A stretch of DNA of 63,947 bases, the filler included, from Phoronis australis (lineage: Eukaryota; Animalia; Phoronida): assembly GCA_002633005.1 (NCBI GenBank). It is 8 parts of 8 records of this genome, joined end to end, with 100 filler letters (N's around TTAATTAATTAA, not from the genome) between each part and the next. Parts side by side here need not be neighbours in the genome. Positions count along the whole stretch, not along the records: positions 23,460 to 39,018 come from NMRA01000786.1; 7 more parts are not named here. One strand, 5' to 3'. A model generated the notes under the pieces. The model was not told the origin of the DNA and ran no database searches. It saw only the letters and a program-made list of their open reading frames with translations. The stretch's first letter is position 1. Every line of letters starts with the position of its first letter. This document shows positions 24,685 through 34,989 of the stretch, in pieces. The translations under genes were made by a program, and so were the position numbers.

Positions 24685-26303
24685 ACCGCATTTATCCACC
24701 TTCACTCTTATCAGGCTTCTATTGTGAGTCAGCATGCGTGAATAATTGGCTGATAAGCCACCTCTGGAACTACTTTTGGCTGAATGGATGACCAGGCCAT
24801 AAAATGATAATATTAGCCAAGACCAGTTACTAATGCAACAAAGAATAGTGTCGTAGTATCATCTAGCCTTGGTGGAAAGCTGTATACTGTATTGGCTCTA
24901 ATAAACGCTTAGAAAAAATCATTTCACGGGGAGGGGATTCTTATTGTAGCCTACGGCAGTTGAAAGCCGGTTTCCCAAACGGGTAAAATCGGAAGCTAGG
25001 ATTCATAAAATTTACGCTTTGTGACGAATTTTAGCCTATGACAGTCTTTCTACAAAATTGTGGTGCATTGCTATGAACTTCCGTTGTTAAATTACGATAA
25101 TTTTTCAAAAAATTGTGCTCATCACAGGGCGAAAACTTGCCGACTGATGCGTCGCCGCTGAATCGCCATCGTCAATAGGAAAACTTGTACTCTTGAATAA
25201 AAATATAGTTTCGACTCAACAAATTACCTGAAATCTTCCTGATGTTTTACAATTTTTAAAGTTCATGTGGAGTCCAGATTAATTGCGATTAAGTCCAAAT
25301 GTGCGCTACATCGTACTCCACAACAAGAGAAAAATCTCTGGATGAACACACATGTTGTTGTCACGTGACGTTTGTTTTGAAGGTCGTCTGTGTATGAGAG
25401 TGAGTGAGCGTGCGTGTGCGGGTCATCGACGATAGACTTTTTTGTTACAAAAGGCGGAGGATTATGCAAGAAAATGGCGTTTACTAGATTGTTTTTCACT
25501 TAAACGGCTGTAACGTGCAAGGTGAGTGCTGGTTAACTCACAGATTTTGTGTGCACAGGCCGACTGTCGTTAGCTCTGCCGTGGAGTATTAATAGTCCAA
25601 GGCTCGATCTACATGTTGGGGACGAAATGAACTACCCGGGCTGTGTGAAATTTCTGGGTCTAACGGAGACACTGACGCAGTGGTCAGTCAGATCGCTGTA
25701 TCAAGACTATAGTCAAAATCCAAATTCGTTTTATCGTGTCCCTGTCAATAATAACGGCATGTTAAAGCCTTCTTAATTTTCGTACTTCAGGAACATAACA
25801 ATCACGTGTTTTGTACACATACGCGCACGCCGCAGATCACATCTCGGAAATTGCCGATTTGACGGATGACAATGAATGAACACAATGAAATTAACAACGT
25901 CGTTTTACAGCTTGTAAGATTCATAATAAAAGTATTTTGAATATTGCAATGCATGTGTTCCAAAATCTAAATAACTTGGGTCCTATATTTTTGTATTAGT
26001 GCGCGCCGAATGAAAGTAATCGTGAGTGTTGCTGTGTTGCAAAATCTCTTATCCTGGGCCGATTTGAAAAATTCAAAGTTGTACTCATATTTGTTTTCGC
26101 TCCTCTTTTCAAATATTACAGTAAAAACTACGTAAAATTCTGTCCATAAAAAGTACAGTTGTTAGGCTAGACTGTAATCAGCTGATCATATCCGCATGAG
26201 CGAAGTCAATTATCCTCGCTCGTGACTCGATGAATAGAGCAGCTTGGCGGCATCCCTTTGAGCATGAGCCGAGCGCGTCTCAGCGAAGGTGGATAAATAC
26301 GGT
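24685..26303. mobile_element. TIR-bounded non-autonomous DNA element (about 1.6 kb)
   Basis: ACCGCATTTATCCACCTTCAC at the left end and GCGAAGGTGGATAAATACGGT at the right end are inverted repeats (19/21 match). Confidence 0.55.
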
Positions 26304-27053
26304 CTAGTTCAATTTTCCATACCCCGCCGTTTACCTTAAACACCGGGGTTAGAACCAGTTTTATTTAGTGGGAATGTTCATAGCATGACCTAATAAAGGC
26401 TCTTCATGAATTTTTGTAATTATGTTCTCAGTGGAGATGAAATTGGCTACTGCTGGCCCCTGGTGGCAGTTTCTCTAACTAGATTTCTTTTGTTGAAATT
26501 TGGCCAAAACATTTCTATTCTGAAAACGATGGCAGGTGCATGTTTTCGAAAGGTTTTAGCCTGTGCTGCATGATATCCAAAAAATTATAAAAGGTAGAAA
26601 GATTGGAGTAAGCATCACACTTCATAATCCAAATTTTCCCTATTTCTGCAAATAAAATAAGATTTTTCACACTTATTAGCTTTGATATAACTTGGAGTGG
26701 AAAGCAACTAGTTACAAAGCATGAATCAAAAACACAATTTATGCATAAAATGTAGAAAAATGTGTGCCCTTTTTGTGACACATAATATATTTAAATCATT
26801 GATTCTCTTTAATTATTCCTGCTTAAAGCCATTTCAGATGTAATGAAGTTACAATGTGAAAGCATTGGCTTAAATAATACAGAATACGCAATATTGGGAT
26901 ATTTTTAAACAAAAATGAAAAAATCCGTACTTCTAAAGATTTCTTGAATTTGTTCAAACGTCGAAGACCTATCCATAGACATATCTTTCATTGTCCAAAG
27001 CCCTGCAAACTGGCTTGAAGAAGCACTTGAGTGACACCCACTTTCAACACTAC

Positions 27054-27819
27054 TGTCAGAATATAGTCTGGCAGTACTTTTAGTTGCATTGTTTTGTTTT
27101 GTTATTCTGTTTGATTGGCATGACCCCAGCGTTAAGTACAGTGATGATGTAATTTGTTTACTACAAAATATTGTGGAACTTTCTAGAAGACTGAGGTCAG
27201 AACAGTGATGATGTAATTTGTTTACTACAGTATAGTGTGAAACTTTCTAGAAGTCTCTAGCATGACAGTGATTAATGCAGTCTGGAATATTCTAAAGACT
27301 AGTGCATGTTTGTAGAATAGTTGGGTACATTCAGGAAAGTTCTAGAATGTGCTTGACTTGATCTAAAGTTCCAGAACAATGCATTAGGCTATAAATACAC
27401 AAGCACGGGTTTGTGTTAGTCAGTAAGATCACGTCAGTTCAAAAGAAGATCAAGTCAGTTAATCGGTGAGTTCAAGAAAGTTTATCAGGAGAACTACAGT
27501 TGAGTTGCAGTGAAGAGAATCAGCAGTTACAGCGATAGTCAATAGAGAGCCAGCTATAGAGACAGCAGGTTATTAAATCAACGAGTGTAACAGTTGCTGG
27601 AAGTATCTCAGAAGTTCAACACAAGTCAAGGCTTCGCAGCACTGGCTGGAGCATAAACAGACATTACGTCGGACGTTTTGTTTGAGTAGGCTTGTGAACG
27701 TACGGTCGGGATTAATAAAGGATTAACTCGAACAAGTCTTCAGTCAATCTTCGCACCGAAACCTATTGCACCGGTCTGTAACAACCTGCGCCCACCCACA
27801 CACGGGGAAAAACGTGACA
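27054..27819 (+). repeat. 5' LTR
   Basis: TGTCAGAATATAG...AAACGTGACA; TATAAATA at 27390, AATAAA at 27714; about 20 differences from the 3' LTR by eye. Confidence 0.95.
27175..27397 (+). promoter_or_regulatory. Heat-shock-element cluster plus TATA box in LTR U3
   Basis: GAActTTCtaGAA (27176-27188), TTCagGAAagTTCtaGAA (27330-27347), partial HSEs at 27245, 27285 and 27369, TATAAATA at 27390; conserved in the 3' LTR (30671, 30825, TATA 30885). Confidence 0.7.
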
Positions 27820-27821
27820 AT

Positions 27822-27839
27822 TGGCGAGCACGCCAGGAG
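27822..27839 (+). promoter_or_regulatory. Primer binding site, tRNA-Arg(ACG)-like
   Basis: TGGCGAGCACGCCAGGAG lies 2 nt after the 5' LTR and is near-complementary to the tRNA-Arg 3' end (TGGCGAGCCAGCCAGGAG). Confidence 0.75.
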
Positions 27840-27894
27840 CTTACTGACGGTAACAGGGTGTGATAAAGTGGACTGTTGGAATTAGCAACTCACT

Positions 27895-29010
27895 ATGGAG
27901 ACAAGATCTCAACTAAGAGAGTTGATGGCCCTCGGACAAGAAATGGGTCTGGAGGGAGACAGTTTGTTGAAAAACAACAAGCTGAAGCGCGTGCTCAGGC
28001 TGAGGCTGAGGCCGAGGAGAGGAGGCAAGCCCGCGAAGCTGAACAGCAGATGGAGAGAGAAAGAATGGAATATGAGAGGGCGTAAGAAGCACTGAAAGCT
28101 GAACAGGTTGCAGCGGAGTGTAGCCATGTTAGATCAACTGGTGGCGTAAAATCGAAGCTACAGTACGCAAGTTTGATGAAAAACAGGACGATATGGACAA
28201 CTTCCTGGAAAGGTTTGAAAGATACGCAGAGAGTCAGGGTTGGACACAGTCTCAATCCCCTTTTAACAGGTAAGGGCCTGCAGGTTTATACTAGCCTTCC
28301 TATGGCTGATGCACTGGGCTATGCTACACTCAAAACAGCCTTGTTAAGGCGCTATGAGCTGACCGAGGAGGGCTTTCGCAGACAGTTCCGGGAGGCGAGG
28401 GCTGAAAGGGGTGAGACGGCTTATCAGTTTGTTGCCCGCATACAGCGCTACCTGGACAGGTGGATCGACATGTCCGACTGTGGCAAAGACTTTGCCGAGT
28501 TGAGAGACCTGTTAGTGCGTGAGCAGTACGTTAACACCTGTACTAAAGACTTGGCCTTGTTCCTGCGAGAGCGGACACCCAAGACTGTTCCGGAGATGGT
28601 GGGCTTAGCAGAGAGGTATATTGAGGCCCATGGAGTGGATATAACGAGCACTCAGTCAAAGAAATCCCAAGAACAACCAGTCAAGACAGACAACCAGAGA
28701 GTCGACCACAAGAAAACTGACCTCGCAGGGGAAAGATGTTTCTTCTGTCACAAAACTGGACACCTGGCTAGAGACTGTCGGAAGGGGATAAAAGGGATGC
28801 AACACCAAAAGTCAGCAGCGGTCAACCACCGAGATTCCCAGAGCAAAGAGGATTCGGTGAAGCGTGCTAATCCTGAACGCGCCTTCAAAGGAATGCTGTG
28901 TCTGAAGGAGGGGTATGTTGGCACGAAGAAGGTCTCAGTATTGAGAGACAAAGGCTGCACGACCATTGTGGTTCGGTCCAGTCTAGTCGAACCAGGAGAT
29001 ATGACCGGAG
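27895..29010 (+). pseudogene. gag (SCAN-like capsid, CCHC knuckle) and protease remnant
   Basis: Frameshifted pieces METRSQLRELMALGQEMG; KFDEKQDDMDNFLERFERYAESQGW; LLTGKGLQVY...LVREQYV...LAERY; CFFCHKTGHLARDC; protease site LRDKGC (DTG mutated). Confidence 0.85.
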
Positions 29011-30450
29011 GTGCACAACGAGACCTATAAGGATGTAAAGCTGTGTGATACCTTGATGACAGAGCAGCGTGAACAGGCACAGCAGCTCCTACGTTGCTAC
29101 CGTGGTATCTTCACTAATCAGCCTGGAGAGACCGATTTGACCAGCCACGTCATCGAACTGACGGCAGAACAACCAGTGAGAGTGAGGCCACGTCAGATGC
29201 CGTACACTACTCAGGACCTAGTGAAGAAGGAAGTGCAGGAGATGTTAAAGATGAACATAATTGAGCCTTCCACTTCGGCTCACAGTTCTCCTGTAGTGTT
29301 GGTGGCTAAAAAGGACGGAACCACAAGGTTCTGTGTTGACTACCGACGGCTAAATGCAGTGACCAAGTTTGACAACGAGCCCATGGGTAACCCAGAAGCT
29401 ATTATGGCTAACCTGCATGGTCAACGTTTCTTCTCGAAGTTCGACTTCACGAAGGGCTACTGGCAAATTCCCATGGATGAAGCTAGTAAAGAGAAAACGG
29501 CATTTGTGACTCCAGGAGGCTGTTACCAGTTCTGCAGAATGCCGTTTGGCTTGGTGAATTCAGCGGCCACGTTCAACAGTATGATGAGAAGAATGCTAGC
29601 AGGCTTAGAGAATATCGAGCTGTATGTCGACGATGTGCTACTCCACACCGTCACCTGGGAAGAACATCTCCGTACACTGAGAGACTTGTTTCGGAGGGTA
29701 AAGCAAGCAGTCTTAACAGTAAAACCGTCAAAGTGCAGTATCGGATATCCAGAGGTGGAGTTCCTTGGACATCAGGTTGGGACGAACGAGATAGCTATGG
29801 ATGACCAAAAGCTACTGAAGATCCAGGATGCACCAACACCATCTACAAAAACTGAGGTACGGTCATTCCTAGGACTTACAGGGTACTACCGAAAGTTTGT
29901 GCCTAACTATGCACAGATAGCCACACCATTGACGGATTTGCTGAAGAAGGGCCAACCAAAGAAATTAGTGTGGAGCGATATTCATGACCAGACATTCAGG
30001 AAGCTAAAGCAAGCACTTGGAAGTAGCCTGATCCTACGAGTGCCTGACTTCAGCCAAAGATTTATTGTCAGGACGGACGCGTCAAGCGATGGTTTAGGGG
30101 CAGTCTTACTGCAGGAGTTTGACGATGGGATATTCCCTATTGCATATGCCAGCCGGAAGCTTAAAGAAAGCGAGCGGCATTACTTCACAGAAGAGAAAGA
30201 GTGTTTAGCAATAGTGTTCGCTGTTAAACGTTTTCAGTTTTATCTGTATGGGACAGAATTCGTGGTGCAAACAGACCTAAAACCATTGGTATATATTCAG
30301 CGTTGTAAGATTGAAAGTCCCAGGGTTATGCGATGACCTATAGCACTGCAGAATTATAACTTCCATGTGGAGGATATCCCTGGAAAATTTAACGTCGGTG
30401 CAGACTATTTAAGTCGACTAGCAGTGCCTGTAAGTCAAGGAGCACTTTAG
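29011..30450 (+). pseudogene. pol: reverse transcriptase and RNase H
   Basis: SSPVVLVAKKDG, RFCVDYRRLN, KGYWQI, MPFGLVN, YVDD, TDAS, EKECLAI; premature TGA at 30334-30336 (W to stop), then GKFNVGADYLSRL* ending at 30450. Confidence 0.92.
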
Positions 30451-30543
30451 CGGCGGATACAGCAGAAGGTTATGTATATATTTATGCCAGATGATTTTGT
30501 GTTAGAAAATTATAGAGTAATTTTCTCTTTGGCAGGGGTGTGT

Positions 30544-31315
30544 TGTCAGAATATAGTCTGACAGTACTTTTAGTTGCATTGTTTTGTTTTGTTTTGTTAT
30601 TCTGTTTGATTGGCATGACCCCTAAGTTAAGTACAGTGATGATGTAATTTGTTTACTACAAAATATTGTGGAACTTTCTAGAAGACTGAGGTCAGAACAG
30701 TGATGATGTAATTTGTTTACTACAGTATAGTGTGAAACTTTCTAGAAGACTCTAGCATGACAGTGATTAATGCAGTCTGGAATATTCTAGAGACTAGTAC
30801 ATGTTTGTAGAATAGTTGGGTACATTCAGGAAAGTTCTAGAATGTGCTTGAATTGATGTAAAGTTCTAGAACAATGCATTAGGCTATAAATACACAAGCA
30901 CGGGTTTGTGTTAGTCAGTAAGATCACGTCAGTTCAAAAGAAGATCAAGTCAGTTAATCGGTGAGTTCAAGAAAGTTTATCAGGAGAACTACAGTTGAGT
31001 TGCAGTGAAGAGAATCAGCAGTTACAGCGATAGTCAATAGAGAGCCAGCTATAGAGACAGCAGGTTATTGAATCAACGAGTGTAACAGTTGCTGGAAGTA
31101 TCTTAGAAGTTCAACACAAGTCAAGGCTTCGCAGCACTGGCTGGAGCATAAACAGACATTACGTCGGACGTTTTGTTTGAGTAGGCTTGTGAACGTACGG
31201 TCGGGATTAATAAAGGATTAACTTGAACCAGTCTTCAGTCAATCCTCGCACCGAAAGCTATTAGCATCGGTCTGTAACAACCTGCACCCACCCACACACG
31301 GGGAAAAACGTGACA
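30544..31315 (+). repeat. 3' LTR
   Basis: Direct repeat of 27054-27819, preceded by the G-rich tract GGCAGGGGTG. Confidence 0.95.
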
Positions 31316-31569
31316 ACTACTAAAAATTCCCTCCAGATTTATCTCCCCTCTAACATGATGGACGCGGGAAAATGATGGCGATCCTGATGCACATGTATAA
31401 CTTCCTAATCTCACTGTGTGTTCTCCCTCATTGCATGCGATCTACTTGCTTGGGATATTGAAAAATTCCTGTTTTCGGCATTCAAAAACGTGTAATTTCC
31501 TTCGTAAACTTTTGAAGGCTTATAAATGAAAAGAGGTCAATACAACCAAAATTGGTGATTTTTGTATCA

Positions 31570-31680
31570 GAGCCACACCAAGACCAAAAACAAAAAGTTT
31601 AAGCTGCATCTGAAACAAGTCCCTTTGAGTGATTTACATTGTGGTTTGTTTTTTTTTTTGATTTTGTCGTGGAGTGGCTC
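31570..31680. mobile_element. Small MITE-like inverted repeat
   Basis: GAGCCACACCAAGACCAAAA ... TTTTGTCGTGGAGTGGCTC imperfect TIRs. Confidence 0.45.
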
Positions 31681-31866
31681 GTTATTTTAATTAGTTCACG
31701 CTACCATAAGCTGAATTCATTTGTTCAGATTAAGCATTTATAGTTTCGACTTCCATGTCATCTTATAGGCAATGTTAGTATCAAATTATTGTGTGGGAAA
31801 GCTTGTATTGAAAATCTGTGGCATTAACATCCACGCTCATTAGAAAACCATGCAGTTAGTGTGCCT

Positions 31867-32073
31867 TTAGTAACCAGGTCCCTCTGGACCCATTGCAATG
31901 TATCCACAATCTACAGGAATGTCAGCGCCGTCAATGTACATGGCGTCCTTACTGTACAGGAACGCAATCACAGACGCCACGCCGGCGCTCTCTATAAATG
32001 CTCGTGGCGTCATGAGACAATTGCCAAACTCCTTCTCGTACTCACTGCCGCGTTGAAGTTTTCCGTTTATCAC
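31867..32073 (-). CDS. Short-chain dehydrogenase/reductase, terminal exon
   Basis: VINGKLQRG...VASVIAFLYSKDAMYIDGADIPVDCGYIAMGPEGPGY* (FabG-like FLxS..A.YITG..I.VDGG tail); acceptor ttttatag, phase 0. Confidence 0.9.
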   Translation of the reverse strand: MINGKLQRGSEYEKEFGNCLMTPRAFIESAGVASVIAFLYSKDAMYIDGADIPVDCGYIAMGPEGPGY

Positions 32074-33165
32074 CTATAAAAGAAATCAGCCTTCGTTAAA
32101 AGGGTAGTAAGTTTGCGTGGAACTCTTGCCCAAAGCACGTATTCTTATCTGTTACTGCTCAAAGCCATACAGAAAACAGCTTTTGAATTATATCCCTTAC
32201 CGTAGTTCAATTGATCTCAAAATGTTCCCCATTCAAAGTACAGTACATGTGATTTCTGGACTTGGAACGAACTATCGCTTCCTCCGTGTTTGACACAATG
32301 TTCTACGACTGAGTTTATATGTCACAGCGACATTTTACTATGTAACCAACACCAGCGTTTTCCCAGCCGACTAGAGTGACATTTTTCTTGAAAATGTCAC
32401 AGCAAGTCCATTGCTGAGCGTGGTCTCGAGCATCAACCAACTGTCAGTTGTTTGAAAATTACTAAAATCACTTCTCACCTGCGTAAGGAACAAGTTCAGA
32501 CTAATCTTACAGAGATACGGTTAAATCAAAGTTAGTTTCGTCGACGGAAAGCAGATTTAAAGCCACTTTTGGAATTAGTGCCCCCGTTAAGAGATACATA
32601 TCAACGTCTAAAAAAATGCTTAAGGGGTACAGAACTGCGTTCCGTATGCCCAAATTTCTGCATTTGCGGCAAGACTAAATGCAATGGAAATAGTTTATTT
32701 TCACCCCATCATTCATGACGTAGTATGTGTCATGAATTCTATCCGATAATTCAACATTACATCCTCACCAACCAATCTTTTCAGAGGTTCCCATTTTGCT
32801 AGGTCTGGAGCATACTCGCGAAACAATTGCCTTTCACTAACGTGATTTTGCGAGGTCTTGCGGGTTCTCAGTTTTCTCGCAAGACAGTTGATTTATGGAA
32901 CGCAGCCCGGCACATTTCCCTTTTAGTGGGTCTTTCGCAATTGATTACAGACGTGAGTTTGACCACATGTATTCCGTTTGGGAACCAGTTGAGTGCTTTA
33001 GAAAGACTACTTGAGAGCGCCAAAAAGTAAGCTTACAACACGCGTTGCTGAACAGATGCTGCACGGTCTAAAGAGGTAACTGCATTTTATCGTATTTTAG
33101 TTTTTAACTATCTAATTTGGCCTTCACACAAGTCACTAAAGTTCATGTACCTACCAACATCTCAC

Positions 33166-33353
33166 CTGACTCGGTGTCCACACTGCCCCTGGTGACACAC
33201 TGTTGACCCGCACTCCGTGAGAGGACAAGTCCAATGCCATGCATTTTGTTAGCATCAACAGAGCTCCTTTACCAGCGCTATAACCGGCCTGGTGAAGAGC
33301 AGCACAATGGCCGCTGACGCTGCCGACACTCACCACAGCACACTCGCTTTTGT
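33166..33353 (-). CDS. SDR catalytic exon
   Basis: (D)KSECAVVSVGSVSGHCAALHQAGYSAGKGALLMLTKCMALDLSSHGVRVNSVSPGAVWTPSQ, with catalytic Ser and YxxxK; acceptor ccgtag, donor gtgaga; phase 1 to 0. Confidence 0.93.
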
Positions 33354-34625
33354 CTACGGAAAGAGTTGTAAATAAATATCACTCAACCTAAAGCTAGCTG
33401 CTTGTGTCGAAAAAATGAACATTAAAGAAACCAGATTGGATGCTTGGTCTGCCGTCTGAAACCATAACACACGAGAACGCTTGCCAACCGCTTTATATCA
33501 GACGGTCGAATCTGAATTACACCGTTATCTAGAACGTACGTACCTTTAAACGCAAGTTCTTATGTGCGCTCCCACCCCTGGCAGTGGCGGATTTATCGTG
33601 GGTTGAGAGGGTTTAAGCCCCCTTTGGGACAGGTTCAAAAAATAAAAATTAAAAATCGAAAACCTCTCCAGCTAAATGAAAACGGCACCGCCAGCGTGGG
33701 TAAACCTCAAGTAAACCACCTCGAAAAAATGATCGGAGATTCACCCTGAAAAGACAATTTCTTTGCATTGTGATTTACGGTTATCACGAAAAGCAACGCA
33801 TTTCAGCTCTTCGTAACTCATCAGCAAGTCAATTGTGAGTGCGCTTCCGTCGACTCTTATTTTACTCTGAAATATGTTTTGATTTGAAAAGGGGTTATAC
33901 TGTTGTACCGCAACCCTGATATTCAGGTGCATCGACGTGCAACGTTTTTACCTCCTCTGTCATGCCTTGTCATGCTATTACACTCCACATGTTTGTAACT
34001 TGAATTTGACTGTTTTATAATAAAGTTATGTTGCGCAATTATCATTTAGTGTACAAGTAATGTGTTTATTTTAAGAAACGATCAATTCCTTTTCCGAAGA
34101 ATTGTTTGGTCGTAATATGGGCCGTGGAGGCGGGTGCTGTGGTTTGGTAGCGACTCCGTCTCAGGATACACCGTAGCAAGTTAGGCCTATTCAAGGAATC
34201 AACCAGGGGGACGCACACACATTGGCAAGGTGACCGCCTCCTAATGACCCCTGGTTCCAACCTCAGCAATGACCGTCTTCTATACTGGAAATTTCCGCAA
34301 AAAGGCCCACTCAATGAAACGCCCATACCCATGTGCGTTCATTTGGTGTTACAACTTCGAGTTTCAAGTGCTCAGACGCTGGGACGTATATTCGGAAAAT
34401 TGCAAGATATGCAAATTACTCTTGGGATACATCGTTTTTGACAAAAGCGCAATGTTTGAAGTAGTCCATGATGAATGGATTAAATATAGATGCGCGTGTA
34501 ACTCTTTTGACAGCACTTGACAACCTCAGTTGGCTCAGTGCCAAGCTGCAAAACGAGATACTGATGTAGCGGCTTACAAGCTCATTGACACAGCAGTTGA
34601 CGAAGTGCAGGCATTGAAAATATAC

Positions 34626-34724
34626 CTTTCATAAAAGGAAAGCCAGCTTGTACCACGCTGAACACTCCAATAACGTTAACGTCCAATACTTTCTTGAACA
34701 TTTCCGTTGACAATTCAAAGCAAG
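34626..34724 (-). CDS. SDR internal exon
   Basis: (A)CFELSTEMFKKVLDVNVIGVFSVVQAGFPFMK with the conserved Asn helix; acceptor tttccag, donor gtatat; phase 1 to 1. 5' exons (TGxxxGIG) not found. Confidence 0.85.
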
Positions 34725-34989
34725 CTGGAAAGACAAATACCGTGTACGCAATTTGCCTGTAAATATTGATAACATGAGTCAAATTACAACTTCCATTGCA
34801 GTAGGAGAGGAGGTCCGTTAATATACATTTAAAAAATAAAAAAGTGTCAAAAGAGAAAAAAAAAGAAACTGCAAGTCCGTTGTCTGGTTGCAGTGTTTTG
34901 CTTGTTGTCGGTGAACCGTTTTGCAGAGAACACAAGGATTTGATTTTAGAACAGATCACTAAAGGTAACATTCTTTTTTCTTACATTTT

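Larger units (their letters stand above)
27054..31315 (+). mobile_element. Gmr1-like Ty3/Gypsy LTR retrotransposon, integrase deleted
   Basis: Two LTRs of about 770 bp (TG...CA), 5-bp TSD ACTAC (27049-27053, 31316-31320), PBS, gag-PR remnant and RT-RNaseH ending just before the 3' LTR. Confidence 0.95.
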
